Shown here: positions 39,512 through 49,321 of the stretch, piece after piece | Numbering within the stretch: the stretch's first letter is position 1 | How the letters are laid out: each line of letters begins with the position of its first letter | Assembly: GCA_045863395.1 (NCBI GenBank) | Contig: BTVJ01000012.1 | Span: 64,001 to 128,000, forward strand | Direction: 5' to 3' | DNA: 64,000 nt | Source: Myxococcales bacterium | GTDB taxonomy: Bacteria; Myxococcota_A; UBA9042; JABWCM01; BTVJ01 | Translations under genes and position numbers: made by a program | Notes under the pieces: model-generated | What the model was told of the DNA's origin: nothing | The model's input: only the letters and a program-made list of their open reading frames with translations | Databases searched by the model: none

Positions 39512-42343
39512 ATGAAGCACCGAACACTGGCCCGAGCGGCCGCCTGGGCACTGGCCGCGACACTCGCAGGGGCGGGTTGCACGGGCACGAACGGAGGGCG
39601 TCAGAACCCCATCATCAATGACGGCGACGTCCCCGGCGGGAGCGGGGATGACGGCGCTGGCGGCGGCGCCACGGACACGGCCGGCGGTGGCTCCACGGAC
39701 ACGGGAGGCAGCGGGGGCGGGATTGGCCAGATCCAGGCCATCCAGAAGAACGAGGCCTTCGTGACCTGCGACGAGGCGGCGGCGGCCGACAACTTCGGCT
39801 TCTCGAAGACCAGCGTGGCGGCAGCGCTGTCGGACGTGGTCGTGGTGGCCCCCCAGTTCGACCTCTACACCCACAAGACGGACCCGGCCAAGTCCCTGGA
39901 CGGCTACTTCATCATGGAGGGCGCGGGCGGCCCCTGGAGCGGCATCCTCCTGGCCGTTCCACGGAGCAAGGCGATCACGCTGGCCGTGGGCGACATCATC
40001 GACGTCACCGGAGAGGCGGTCGACTACTTCTGCATGACGCAGGTCAAGGCGACGGCGGTCAAGAAGACCGGCACCGTCTCCAAGATGCCGCCTGCGACGG
40101 ACGTGGCCGCCGCCGATCTGGCCGACGCCACGACCGGCGAGCAGTGGGAGGCAGTGCTCGTCCGCGTCGCCGACGCGAAGGTCACCGCGGGGGCCAACAA
40201 CTTCGGCGAGTGGACCATCGACAGCGCGCTGCCTGTGAACGACCTCTACGACTACGGCTACAAGGCCACAGTCGGCGACGTCGTGACCGTGTCGGGCGTG
40301 ATGAACTACAACTTCTCGACGCGCAAGCTCGAGCCGCGCTCCGACGACGACGTCGTCACGGGCGGGGGCGGCGGAGGCCCGGACGCAACCACCGGAGACG
40401 GGGGCGGCGGCGGGAGCAGCTCCATCTATCAGATCCAGCACGCCGCGGAGAGCCTCCAGTGCACCAAGACTGACGGCCCGCTGACGGTCAACCCGGCGGT
40501 CACCGTCGACGGCGTCGTCGCGTCGCCGCCGTTCAAGGTCTCCGACAAGCTGACCGGCTACTTCGTCAGCGACGGCGTGGGCGGCCCCTACAGCGGCATC
40601 CAGGTGGTCGTACCTACGGACCTTGGCGTCACCTTGGACATCGGCGACGACATCACGGTGACGGGCAAGTGGGTCGAGTACTACTGCGCCACCCAGATCA
40701 CCGCCATCAGCGTGGACAAGAACGGGACGGGCGCTGCGCTCCCACCGGCAGACGTCGTCGCGCCGGAGGACGTGGCCACCGACGGCGCGCTGGCCGAGGC
40801 CTATGAGAGCGTCTACGTCCAGGTGGACGGCGTCACGGTCACGAACCCGGACGCGGGCTTCGGGCAGTGGGAAGTGGACAGCGCCCTGCTGGTCGACGAC
40901 GTGTTCAAGTTCGCCTACAAGCCGAAGATCGGCGACAAGATCGCCCACCTCCGGGGCTTCATGACCTTCTCCTTCGACGACTTCAAGCTCCTGCCCGCCT
41001 CGGACGCCGACGTGGACCTCACGGGCGTGGGCCCCGGCCCCGACGCGGGCGTGACGGATGGCGCGGACACCACGAGCGGCGGCGGATCGGTGGCCGCAAT
41101 CCAGGGGTCCTCGGAGAGCATCGGCTGCACGACGGACGGGTTCGAGAACCACGGCACCGTCGAGCTGAGCGCCGTGGTCGTGACGACGCCCAAGTTCAAG
41201 GTCGGCGCCAAGGACGCGTGGTACGTCGCCGACCAGGGCGGCGGCCCCTACAGCGGCGTCCTGGTGATGGCAGACACCAAGCTGGGCGCGAGCTTCGTCC
41301 CCGGCGACCTGCTCGACGCCACCGGCGAGTGGGTCGAGTACTACTGCATGACCGAGGTGGAGATCGAGCAGTTCTCCGTCATCGGCACGGGCGCCCCCGT
41401 CCCCGCCCCTGAGCCCGTGTTCGCGGCCGACCTGAGCGGCGCGAGCGCCGAGCAGTGGGAGGGCGTCGTGGTCTCCATCGAGGACGCCACCGTGACCGTG
41501 GCGGCAGATCAGTACGGCGTCTTCAAGGTGGCCGACGACAGCGGCAGCGTCGACGTGGACGACGACTTCAAGCCGGGCTACACGGCGTCGGTGGGCGACA
41601 CCCTCGCGACCCTGACGGGGCCGCTGCGCTGGGGCTTCGGCAGCTTCAAGATCAACCCGCGGACCCTGTCGGACATCGTCCTCGGCAGCGGGGGCGGCGA
41701 CGACACCGGCGCCGGCACGCCGGACACGGGCTCAGGCACCCCGTCCTCCAGCATCACGGCGCTGCAGACCAGCGCGGCGAGCGTCACCTGTGCCAGCCCC
41801 TCGTCCAGCGCCGACCACGGGAAGGTCACGCTCAAGGGCGTCACGGTGGTCTCCCCCAAGGGCTACGCAGGCTCCGGCCTCGACGGCTACCAGGTGATGA
41901 CCCCGCCCAACGCCCCGAATGCCGGTCTCTTCGTGGTGGCCAAGACCTCCCTCGGGCTGGCCCTGTCCAAGGGCGACGTCGTCGACGTGGCCGGCTCCCA
42001 CAAGGAGCACTACTGCCTCACCGAGGTCTTCGCCGACACGGTGACGGTCATCTCCAGCGGCGCGGCCCCGTCCCTGTCGCCCATCGACACCACGGTGGCG
42101 GAGATCGCGGCTGGCAAGGAGCCGCTGGAGGGCTCGCTGGTCAAGGTGACGGGCGTCACGGCGGCGGCGGCAGACCAGTACGGGGACTTCGCCATCGGCA
42201 GCGGCGTCCTGGTGGACGACACGTTCTACAAGTTCACCCCGACCGCCGGCCAGACCCTCTCGTCGGTCACGGGATTCCTCAGCTACGGCTTCAGTGCATG
42301 GCGCATCCTCCCCCGCGATGCGTCGGACGTCAAAGCCCAGTAG
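39512..42343 (+). CDS. Secreted/lipoprotein with four tandem OB-fold-like units (YhcR/ExeM N-terminal-like) and no catalytic domain
   Basis: Signal ending LAGAGC; 4x [I..IQ...C...V.L.GVV...GY.V.D..GGP.SG..V...GD.V.V.G...EY.C.T.V...E..EG..V.V....V...G.F.V...V.D...G..V..V.G.L...F...I.PR...D]. Confidence 0.8.
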   Translation: MKHRTLARAAAWALAATLAGAGCTGTNGGRQNPIINDGDVPGGSGDDGAGGGATDTAGGGSTDTGGSGGGIGQIQAIQKNEAFVTCDEAAAADNFGFSKTSVAAALSDVVVVAPQFDLYTHKTDPAKSLDGYFIMEGAGGPWSGILLAVPRSKAITLAVGDIIDVTGEAVDYFCMTQVKATAVKKTGTVSKMPPATDVAAADLADATTGEQWEAVLVRVADAKVTAGANNFGEWTIDSALPVNDLYDYGYKATVGDVVTVSGVMNYNFSTRKLEPRSDDDVVTGGGGGGPDATTGDGGGGGSSSIYQIQHAAESLQCTKTDGPLTVNPAVTVDGVVASPPFKVSDKLTGYFVSDGVGGPYSGIQVVVPTDLGVTLDIGDDITVTGKWVEYYCATQITAISVDKNGTGAALPPADVVAPEDVATDGALAEAYESVYVQVDGVTVTNPDAGFGQWEVDSALLVDDVFKFAYKPKIGDKIAHLRGFMTFSFDDFKLLPASDADVDLTGVGPGPDAGVTDGADTTSGGGSVAAIQGSSESIGCTTDGFENHGTVELSAVVVTTPKFKVGAKDAWYVADQGGGPYSGVLVMADTKLGASFVPGDLLDATGEWVEYYCMTEVEIEQFSVIGTGAPVPAPEPVFAADLSGASAEQWEGVVVSIEDATVTVAADQYGVFKVADDSGSVDVDDDFKPGYTASVGDTLATLTGPLRWGFGSFKINPRTLSDIVLGSGGGDDTGAGTPDTGSGTPSSSITALQTSAASVTCASPSSSADHGKVTLKGVTVVSPKGYAGSGLDGYQVMTPPNAPNAGLFVVAKTSLGLALSKGDVVDVAGSHKEHYCLTEVFADTVTVISSGAAPSLSPIDTTVAEIAAGKEPLEGSLVKVTGVTAAAADQYGDFAIGSGVLVDDTFYKFTPTAGQTLSSVTGFLSYGFSAWRILPRDASDVKAQ
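39722..42340 (+). repeat. Four ~220-aa intragenic repeats separated by Gly/Asp/Thr linkers
   Basis: Units start near 39722, 40421, 41087 and 41750. GGCGGCCCCTACAGCGGC and GTGGGTCGAGTACTACTGC recur verbatim in units 2 and 3. Confidence 0.85.
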
Positions 42344-42350
42344 CCTCGCT

Positions 42351-42412
42351 CCACCCACAGTTCCTGTGGACAACCCTGTTGCACAGGACACGCAACCCGC
42401 TGAACCTGCACA
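42351..42412. promoter_or_regulatory. Cluster of DnaA-box-like motifs between convergent genes
   Basis: TGTGGACAA (reverse complement TTGTCCACA) at 42365-42373, flanked by weaker CCACCCACA, TGTTGCACA and ACCTGCACA. Confidence 0.4.
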
Positions 42413-42611
42413 GCTTTGGTCGAAATGCCCACCGAATGGGCACCGGCCCGTCACCTGGTGTCACGGCGCCGTCACAGACGCCACCGCGGGCGCTCGTGGG
42501 CGGACCTGGGCGCTTCGAGCGGCGTGCGTGCGGCGGAGGGGCGCCTTGCGGGTCGGTGGCGGGCGAGAAGGGCGTGGGGGGAGAGACGCAGACGGACGGA
42601 GCCGACGTGGG

Positions 42612-43619
42612 TCAGCCCAGGCGGGCGATGAGCTGCAGGGCGTCGACGCAGCGGTTGGCGTACCCCCACTCGTTGTCGTACCAGGTGAGGATGCTGGCCA
42701 GCTTGTCCCCCACCATGAAGGTGGACTGGGCGTCGAAGATGGAGGACGCCGGGTTGCCCACGATGTCCAGATGCACGATGGGCTCGTCGGTCACCTCCAG
42801 GATGCCGCGCAGCGGCCCCGCAGCCGCCTCGACCATCGCCCGGTTGATCTCCTCCGCCGTCGTGGCCTTCTCCAGGTTGACGGTCAGGAAGACGCAGGAG
42901 CCGTCCGGCACCGGCACGCGCAGCGCCGAGCCGTGGAGCTTGCCCTTGAGCGCGGGCAGGACCAGACCCACGGCCTTGGCCGCCCCGGTGCTGGTTGGGA
43001 CGATGGCGGCCGCACCGGCGCGCGCCCGGCGGAGGTCCTTGTGGGGCGCGTCCAGGATGTTCTGGTCGTTCGTGTAGGCGTGGATGGTCGCCATGGTGCC
43101 GTTGACGATGCCGAAGGAGTCGTGGAGCACCTTGGCGACGGGCGCGAGGCAGTTGGTCGTGCAGGACGCGTTGGAGATCACCAGGTGCTCCCGCGTCAGG
43201 GTGTCGTCGTTGACGCCCATGCAGATGGTGGCGTCGACCTCCTTGCCGGGAGCGCTGATCAGCACGCGCCGCGCCCCGGCCTCCAAGTGGAGACCGGCGT
43301 CCTTGCGAGAGACGAAGCGGCCCGTGGACTCGAGGACCACGTCGACCCCCAGCGCGCCCCAGGGGAGCGCGGCCGGCGACTTCTCGGCGAACAGCGGGAT
43401 GGCGCGGCCGTTGACGACGACGGCGCCGTCGCCGGCCTCGACGTTCCCAGGGAACCGGCGGTGGATCGAGTCGTACTTGAGCAGGTGTGCGAGGGTGCGT
43501 GCGTCGGTCAGGTCGTTGAGGGCGACGATCTCGATGTCGTCGTGGCCTCCCTCGACGATGGCGCGGAGCGCCAGGCGGCCAATGCGACCAAACCCGTTGA
43601 TTGCCAGCTTCAGCGTCAT
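42612..43619 (-). CDS. gap: Type I glyceraldehyde-3-phosphate dehydrogenase
   Basis: AINGFGRIGR, SNASCTTNCLAP, PTSTGAAKAVG, WYDNEWGY. Confidence 0.98.
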   Translation of the reverse strand: MTLKLAINGFGRIGRLALRAIVEGGHDDIEIVALNDLTDARTLAHLLKYDSIHRRFPGNVEAGDGAVVVNGRAIPLFAEKSPAALPWGALGVDVVLESTGRFVSRKDAGLHLEAGARRVLISAPGKEVDATICMGVNDDTLTREHLVISNASCTTNCLAPVAKVLHDSFGIVNGTMATIHAYTNDQNILDAPHKDLRRARAGAAAIVPTSTGAAKAVGLVLPALKGKLHGSALRVPVPDGSCVFLTVNLEKATTAEEINRAMVEAAAGPLRGILEVTDEPIVHLDIVGNPASSIFDAQSTFMVGDKLASILTWYDNEWGYANRCVDALQLIARLG

Positions 43620-43691
43620 GATGTGCCTCCCAGTCCGTGTGCCTGGCCCTTGGAGGGTGTAGCCACAATGCCCCCTCCGCGAGCCCGGCCC

Positions 43692-43719
43692 ACGATAGCA
43701 CATCACCCCCCGGCGTCAA
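43692..43719 (-). promoter_or_regulatory. Promoter of gap
   Basis: TTGACG-16 nt-TATCGT with an extended TG (same hexamers as the bacN promoter). Confidence 0.55.
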
Positions 43720-43744
43720 CGCGTGGCCGCCCCCGCGAGCGCGG

Positions 43745-44524
43745 TCAGTACCGCCCGCGTCCCCGCACCAGGACTCCGAACGTCATCCACATGATGCGCA
43801 GGTCGAGAGCCCAGGAGCGGTTCTCGACGTAGTGAAGATCATACTCGACGTGCTCGTGCATGGGCGCGTCGGGCGGACCCATCACCTGCCACCACCCGGT
43901 GAGCCCAGGGCGAACCTCGTGGCGCCGGTGCTGCCACGTCTCGTACCGCGCGACGATGTTCGGCAGCTCGGGGCGCGGCCCGACCAGCGACATGTCGCCA
44001 CGGACGACGTTCCAGAGCTGCGGCAGCTCGTCGAGAGCGGTACGTCGCAGGAACCTCCCGAAGCGCGTCACCCGGGGGTCGATGCGGGTCTTGTGTGAGC
44101 GCCGGCGACACGCAAAGTCGATGTCCGACTGGCGGTTGCGCCGGTCTCCCCGCATCGTCTTGAGCTTGAACATCTTGAAGGGCTCACCGCCCCTCCCGAT
44201 GCGGTCATGGGTGAAGATGGGCCACGACCGCTGCGTGACGAGGATGGAGACGCAGAGTACGAGCATCAGCGGCGACAAGACGAACATGACCGCCAGGGCC
44301 ACCGACGTATCGAACACTCGCCTTGTCATCTCGTAGAGGGTCGACGAGGCAGCCGACGGCTGCTCGATGGAAGGTGTCTCCACTGTGAACATCGTGCTGT
44401 CTGCTCCCAGGTGCATGTCTCTGCCTCCCGCGAGCACGGTGCCGGGGAGGGCTCGGCGCTCCTCCTCATCGGCTCCGCGTGGCAAAACCAAAGGGTCAAT
44501 TTCAATCTCGACCAGAGGCGCCAT
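43745..44524 (-). CDS. Bacterial sugar transferase (priming phosphoglycosyl transferase); start uncertain (44524, 44416 or 44392)
   Basis: RR.FD, F...RIG..G.PF..FK..TM, DPRVT.FG.FLR...LDELPQLWNV..GDMSLVGPRPE, RPGLTG.WQV, D..YV.N.S..LD. Confidence 0.92.
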   Translation of the reverse strand: MAPLVEIEIDPLVLPRGADEEERRALPGTVLAGGRDMHLGADSTMFTVETPSIEQPSAASSTLYEMTRRVFDTSVALAVMFVLSPLMLVLCVSILVTQRSWPIFTHDRIGRGGEPFKMFKLKTMRGDRRNRQSDIDFACRRRSHKTRIDPRVTRFGRFLRRTALDELPQLWNVVRGDMSLVGPRPELPNIVARYETWQHRRHEVRPGLTGWWQVMGPPDAPMHEHVEYDLHYVENRSWALDLRIMWMTFGVLVRGRGRY

Positions 44525-44528
44525 GCCG

Positions 44529-46214
44529 CTAGCCGTCCTGACGAGTACCAGTCAAGCCACGATCATGGGGGACGTCCACACCATGGGCCCGCGCGAAGGC
44601 GACCGCCTCCGGGTAGCCCGCGTCGGCGTGGCGCAGCACTCCCATGGCCGGGTCGCTGGAGAGGACCCGCTCCAACCGAGCAGCAGCGGCCTCTGTCCCG
44701 TCCGCGACGATCACCACGCCCGCGTGGATGCTGTAGCCCATACCGACGCCGCCTCCGTGGTGCACGCTCACCCAGCTCGCGCCGTTCACCGCGTTGATCA
44801 GGGCGTTGAGGATCGGCCAGTCCGCGATGGCGTCGCTGCCGTCACGCATCCCTTCCGTTTCGCGGTTCGGGCTGGCGACGGAACCACAGTCCAAATGGTC
44901 GCGTCCGATGACGATGGGCGCCTTGACCCGCCCCTCGCGCACGAGCTGGTTGAACGCCAGCCCCGCGCGCGCTCGCTCTCCGTAGCCAAGCCACGCGATG
45001 CGCGCCGGGAGGCCCTGGAACTGGACGCGCTGCCCTGCCAGGTCGATCCAACGGCAGAGGTGCTCGTTGTCGGGGAACAGCTCCTTCACCACCCGGTCGG
45101 TCTCGCGGATGTCCTGGGGGTCACCGGAGAGCGCCACCCACCGGAACGGCCCCTTGCCCTCGCAGAACAGGGGGCGCACATAGGCCGGGACGAAGCCCGG
45201 GAAGTCGAAGGCGTCGGCCACGCCCTCGTCGAAGGCCATCTGGCGCAGGTTGTTGCCGTAGTCGAAGACGTGGCTGCCGGCCGCCTTCAGGGACAGCATG
45301 GCTCGGACATGCGTCGCCATGGAGGACATGGATCGGCGCCGGTACTCGTTTCGGTCATCGGCCCGCAAGCGCAGCGCAGCCTCGAGCGTCATGCCATGGG
45401 GCACGTAGCCCCCCACGGGATCATGGGCGCTGGTCTGGTCCGTCACGAGATCGGGGACGACCCCGGCCTCGACGAGGGCGGGGAGCATGTCTGCTGCGTT
45501 GGCGTGGAGCGCGATGGAGAGCGCCCTGCCCTCGCGCTGTGCCCGCGCGGCCCGGCGCAGCGCGTCGTCCAGGCTGCTCGCCTGCTCGTCGCAGTAGCCG
45601 GTCTCCAGACGGCGCCGGATGCGCCCCTCGTCGACCTCGGCGGCGATGCAGACGCCGTTGCACATGGTGACGGCGAGGGGCTGGGCGCCACCCATGCCGC
45701 CCAGGCCCGCAGTGACGACCAGGCGGCCCCTCAGGTCGGAGCCGAAGTGCTGGCGCGCCGCTGCCGCGAAGGTCTCGTAGGTCCCCTGCAGGATCCCCTG
45801 GGTGCCGATGTAGATCCACGAGCCCGCGGTCATCTGGCCGAACATGGTGAGGCCCTTGGCCTCCAGCTCCCAGAAGTGGTCCCAGGTGGCCCAGCGCGGC
45901 ACCAGGAGCGAGTTCGCCAGGATGACGCGCGGCGCGTCCGGGTGGCTGCGCAGGACGCCCACGGCCTTGCCGGACTGTACGAGCAGCGTCTCGTCGTCGC
46001 CGAGGCGACGCAGCGTGTCGATGAGGGTGAGCAGCGCGTCGGGGCTCCGCGCGGCCTTGCCCGTGCCCCCGTAGACCACGAGGCGCTTCGGATCCTCCGC
46101 GACGGCGGGATCCAGGTTGTTGAGGAGCATCCGCAGAGCCGCCTCTTGCACCCACCCACGGCAGGTCACCTCGGACCCTCGGGGCGCGCCAATGAGGATT
46201 GACTCCAGGTCCAT
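44529..46214 (-). CDS. hutU: Urocanate hydratase
   Basis: [68 protein letters not shown]. Confidence 0.97.
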   Translation of the reverse strand: MDLESILIGAPRGSEVTCRGWVQEAALRMLLNNLDPAVAEDPKRLVVYGGTGKAARSPDALLTLIDTLRRLGDDETLLVQSGKAVGVLRSHPDAPRVILANSLLVPRWATWDHFWELEAKGLTMFGQMTAGSWIYIGTQGILQGTYETFAAAARQHFGSDLRGRLVVTAGLGGMGGAQPLAVTMCNGVCIAAEVDEGRIRRRLETGYCDEQASSLDDALRRAARAQREGRALSIALHANAADMLPALVEAGVVPDLVTDQTSAHDPVGGYVPHGMTLEAALRLRADDRNEYRRRSMSSMATHVRAMLSLKAAGSHVFDYGNNLRQMAFDEGVADAFDFPGFVPAYVRPLFCEGKGPFRWVALSGDPQDIRETDRVVKELFPDNEHLCRWIDLAGQRVQFQGLPARIAWLGYGERARAGLAFNQLVREGRVKAPIVIGRDHLDCGSVASPNRETEGMRDGSDAIADWPILNALINAVNGASWVSVHHGGGVGMGYSIHAGVVIVADGTEAAAARLERVLSSDPAMGVLRHADAGYPEAVAFARAHGVDVPHDRGLTGTRQDG

Positions 46215-46297
46215 GGGGCGCTGCGTCTCCTTCGCCACTGGCCGACAGATCAACGAGTTCGACCTACCCTAGCGAGCGGCGATGGTCAGAGCAACGC

Positions 46298-46675
46298 TCA
46301 AGTTCCAGAGCTTCGCAACCGAAGCCCGCGGAGGTTACCCACGAGAGCGCCGAGGAACGCCCCGACGCCGTCCGCCACCACGTCCCCCCAACTCGGCAGA
46401 CGGCCTGGGACCGTTGACTGGTGAGCCTCATCGATGGCCCCCCACACCACGGCGAGCAGCACGGCCAGGGCAGCACGCCGACGTCCGGCGCCCAGCGCGC
46501 GGACCAGGAGCCACGCGAGCGCGCCGAAGATCACCGCATGGAGGACCTTGTCCAGATGGGGGATCGAGAGAGGAAGCGCGGGGACCGCAGAGCGGCTGGA
46601 GAGGAACCAGATGAGCCCGGCCCACGCAACGACCGGCCCCCAACGGAGCACGACGCCTGTCCGGACCGTGGTCAC
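46298..46675 (-). CDS. VanZ family membrane protein
   Basis: W..LIWFLSS, DKVLH...FG.L, DE.HQ..VPGR..S..D..AD..G. GTG overlaps the upstream stop. Confidence 0.88.
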   Translation of the reverse strand: MTTVRTGVVLRWGPVVAWAGLIWFLSSRSAVPALPLSIPHLDKVLHAVIFGALAWLLVRALGAGRRRAALAVLLAVVWGAIDEAHQSTVPGRLPSWGDVVADGVGAFLGALVGNLRGLRLRSSGT

Positions 46676-47259
46676 ATCTTGTACTTTCCGAAGTCGTCGG
46701 GCGCGAGCTTCTCGAGCAGCTCGCGCCACTGCTCCGTGTCGCCGGGATTGGGCCCGCCCTCTGGAACGAAGAGGACGCGGGGGCTCCCCTCCTCGGTCCT
46801 GGCGCCCTCGGTCGGTTCAACGCCATCCTCGCTCGGGCCATCCGGCTCCTCGGCCTGGGTGCTGCCCGACAGGGCGAGGACGTGGCGCGCGACGTGGATG
46901 GGGGCACCGGCGCGCAGCGCCAGGGCGATGGCGTCAGAGGGCCGGCTGTCGATCTCGACGACCCGGTCACCCTGCTGCACGAACAGGGACGCGAAGAAGG
47001 TGTTGTCCCGCAGGTCCGTAACCTCGATGCGAAGGAGCTTCCCGCCGAGGCTGCCCAGCACGGACTTGAGCAGGTCGTGGGTCATGGGGCGCGCGAGCTG
47101 CACACCCTCGATCTGGGCCGCGATGGCGCTCGCCTCCATGAGGCCGATGTAGATGGGCAGCACCGTGTCGCCGCCCTCCTCGCGGAGCACGAGGACGGGT
47201 GTGCGGGTCGTGCTGTCGATGCTGAGCCCTGCGATGGTCATCGGGACGGTGCTGGACAT
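46672..47259 (-). CDS. Bifunctional nuclease family (DUF151) protein
   Basis: PVLVL, LPI.IG..EA.AI, RP.THDL, F.A.L, DSRPSDAIALALR, W.ELLE.L.P.DFGKYKM. Confidence 0.9.
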   Translation of the reverse strand: MSSTVPMTIAGLSIDSTTRTPVLVLREEGGDTVLPIYIGLMEASAIAAQIEGVQLARPMTHDLLKSVLGSLGGKLLRIEVTDLRDNTFFASLFVQQGDRVVEIDSRPSDAIALALRAGAPIHVARHVLALSGSTQAEEPDGPSEDGVEPTEGARTEEGSPRVLFVPEGGPNPGDTEQWRELLEKLAPDDFGKYKM

Positions 47260-47277
47260 GGCGACGCGGTGCCTCAT

Positions 47278-48684
47278 CTAGTGGAGGGGAGCGAGCTCCC
47301 CGGCCAGCGAATGTGGGAGGGCTCGGGTGACGTGAACGTTCACCACGCTGCCGACCAGCCCGGCGACTCCAGAGTCGGCCCCCCAGCCCTTGGCAGCGAG
47401 CGCGGAGATGGGGGTCGAGAAGTTGACGACGATGTTGGTCCGGGTCCGCCCCATGAGCTGCGCGCCCAGCCCCGGCATCACCCTCGCGTGCCGGCTCGGC
47501 CCCTCGACGAGCACCTCAGCCACCGTGCCCTCGTAGGCGACCATGCGGTCGCGTGTGATGGCGTCCTGCAGCGCCTGCACCTGAGCCAGGCGCTCGGACT
47601 TCAGCTCCTCCGGAACATTGTCTGTCAGGCGAGACGCCGACGTCCCGGGCCGCTCAGAGTACTTGAAGGAGTAGATCGCGTCAAAGCGCACCTCCCGCAG
47701 CAGATCGAGCGTCGCCTGGTGCTGCTCCTCGGTCTCGCCGGGAAAGCCCACGATGATGTCCGTGGACAGGGCGATGCCGGGGCGCGCCTCCCGCAGCCTC
47801 CGCAGGCGGTCACGGTAGTCGTCGATGGAGTAGCCCCGGCGCATCTTGCGGAGCATGGTGTCCGACCCGCTCTGCACCGGCAGGTGGAAGTACTCGCACA
47901 GCTCCGGGATGCGCCCGTCGAAGGCGGCGATCAGCTCGTCGGTGCAGTCGACCGGGTGGCTGGTCGTGAAGCGCACGCGCTCGATGCCCGGGACGGCGGC
48001 GACGCGCGCCAGCAGCTCGGGGAACCTCGCCTCCCCCTCCCGGTCGAGCCCGTAGGAGTTGACGTTCTGGCCGAGCAGCATCACCTCACGGACCCCGCCC
48101 TCGGCCAGGCGGCGCGCCTCCTCTACGACCAGCTCCGCGGGCTTGGACACCTCGCGGCCTCGGGTGAAGGGCACGATGCAGAAGGAGCAGAACTTGTTGC
48201 ACCCCTTCATGACCGTGAGCATGGCGGTGACCTGGCGCTCGCCGTCCTGGGGCTCCAGGGGGACCCACTCATAGCTGCGCCGGTTCGCGAACTTCGTGTG
48301 CGACCTCCGGCCATCGCCCTGCCGCACCGAGCTGAGGAGCGCCGGGAGCTCCCCGATGTTGTCCGTGCCAAACACCAGGTCCAGGTAGGGGACCTTCGCC
48401 AGGAGCCGCTCCCCCTCCTGGGTGGCGACGCACCCGCCGACGCCGAGCAGCAGCTCGTCGTTGTACTCCTTCAGGCGGTGGAAGCGCCCGAGGGCGGAGA
48501 GCATCTTGTGCTCGGCCTTGTCCCGCACGGAGCAGGTGTTGAGAAGGATCAGGTCGGCTCGGGTGGGATCGTCGGTCGGCGTGTAGGACAGGGGGCGGAG
48601 CACCTGGTAGATGCGCTCCGTGTCATACACGTTCATCTGGCAGCCGAACGTCTGCACGAACACGTGTCGCTGCTCGCCGGGCAT
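47278..48684 (-). CDS. miaB: tRNA (i6A37) methylthiotransferase
   Basis: TFGCQMN.YD, NTCSVR.KAE, GCNKFCSFCIVP.TRG.E.S, RFTTSHP, TDIIVGFPGET; TRAM domain. Confidence 0.96.
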   Translation of the reverse strand: MPGEQRHVFVQTFGCQMNVYDTERIYQVLRPLSYTPTDDPTRADLILLNTCSVRDKAEHKMLSALGRFHRLKEYNDELLLGVGGCVATQEGERLLAKVPYLDLVFGTDNIGELPALLSSVRQGDGRRSHTKFANRRSYEWVPLEPQDGERQVTAMLTVMKGCNKFCSFCIVPFTRGREVSKPAELVVEEARRLAEGGVREVMLLGQNVNSYGLDREGEARFPELLARVAAVPGIERVRFTTSHPVDCTDELIAAFDGRIPELCEYFHLPVQSGSDTMLRKMRRGYSIDDYRDRLRRLREARPGIALSTDIIVGFPGETEEQHQATLDLLREVRFDAIYSFKYSERPGTSASRLTDNVPEELKSERLAQVQALQDAITRDRMVAYEGTVAEVLVEGPSRHARVMPGLGAQLMGRTRTNIVVNFSTPISALAAKGWGADSGVAGLVGSVVNVHVTRALPHSLAGELAPLH

Positions 48685-48781
48685 GTCTCCTCCTTGGGGG
48701 CGCGGGACGGGAACCCTACCACCCGGCCGAGCGCCGCTCAAGGGTGGCGCCCTTGGCGTGCACGACCTATGCTCTGGCTCC

Positions 48782-49309
48782 ATGGACACGCTCACCGGCA
48801 CTCCCATGCTGCCCACGACCCTGGCCGCCATCATCGAGGGCGTCGCGCGCGGCAGGGAGCACCTGGATCGGAACTTCGTGCGCGAGCTCTGCGCGTGGCT
48901 GAACGAGCACGGTGACCGCTTGCGGTTGGGGCTCGTCACGCGACTGGGCCTCAGCGACGTCGTGGTCACCCTGCACGTGAGGGACCGGGTCCGCCTGGTG
49001 GTGACGGGCACGCTCGATGGCGCTCCGGGGGAGGTGACCGTGGGCGTCGACGAGCGGGACTTCCCCTTCGTGGAGGTGGACCTGTCGACGCATCTGGAGG
49101 CCCCCTACACCTTCTGCACCCTCGACTTCGGGCCCCGGGGCCGCAGCGTCCGCCTGGTCGCCTCCTCCGAGGATGTCGGCGACCCGATCGGCACGAGGGG
49201 GCTCTGCCAGGTGGTGTCGACCCACGGGGACCGGACCTTCGTTCGCGTCGAGGTGGAGGGGCGGGTGTCGCTGTGGCCCGCCGAGATCGCCGCCTTCGAC
49301 GACGGGTGA
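48782..49309 (+). CDS. Hypothetical protein
   Basis: Fills the gap divergent from miaB; GC3-biased codons; no recognised motif. Confidence 0.6.
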   Translation: MDTLTGTPMLPTTLAAIIEGVARGREHLDRNFVRELCAWLNEHGDRLRLGLVTRLGLSDVVVTLHVRDRVRLVVTGTLDGAPGEVTVGVDERDFPFVEVDLSTHLEAPYTFCTLDFGPRGRSVRLVASSEDVGDPIGTRGLCQVVSTHGDRTFVRVEVEGRVSLWPAEIAAFDDG

Positions 49310-49321
49310 ACCCCGAGCTGC

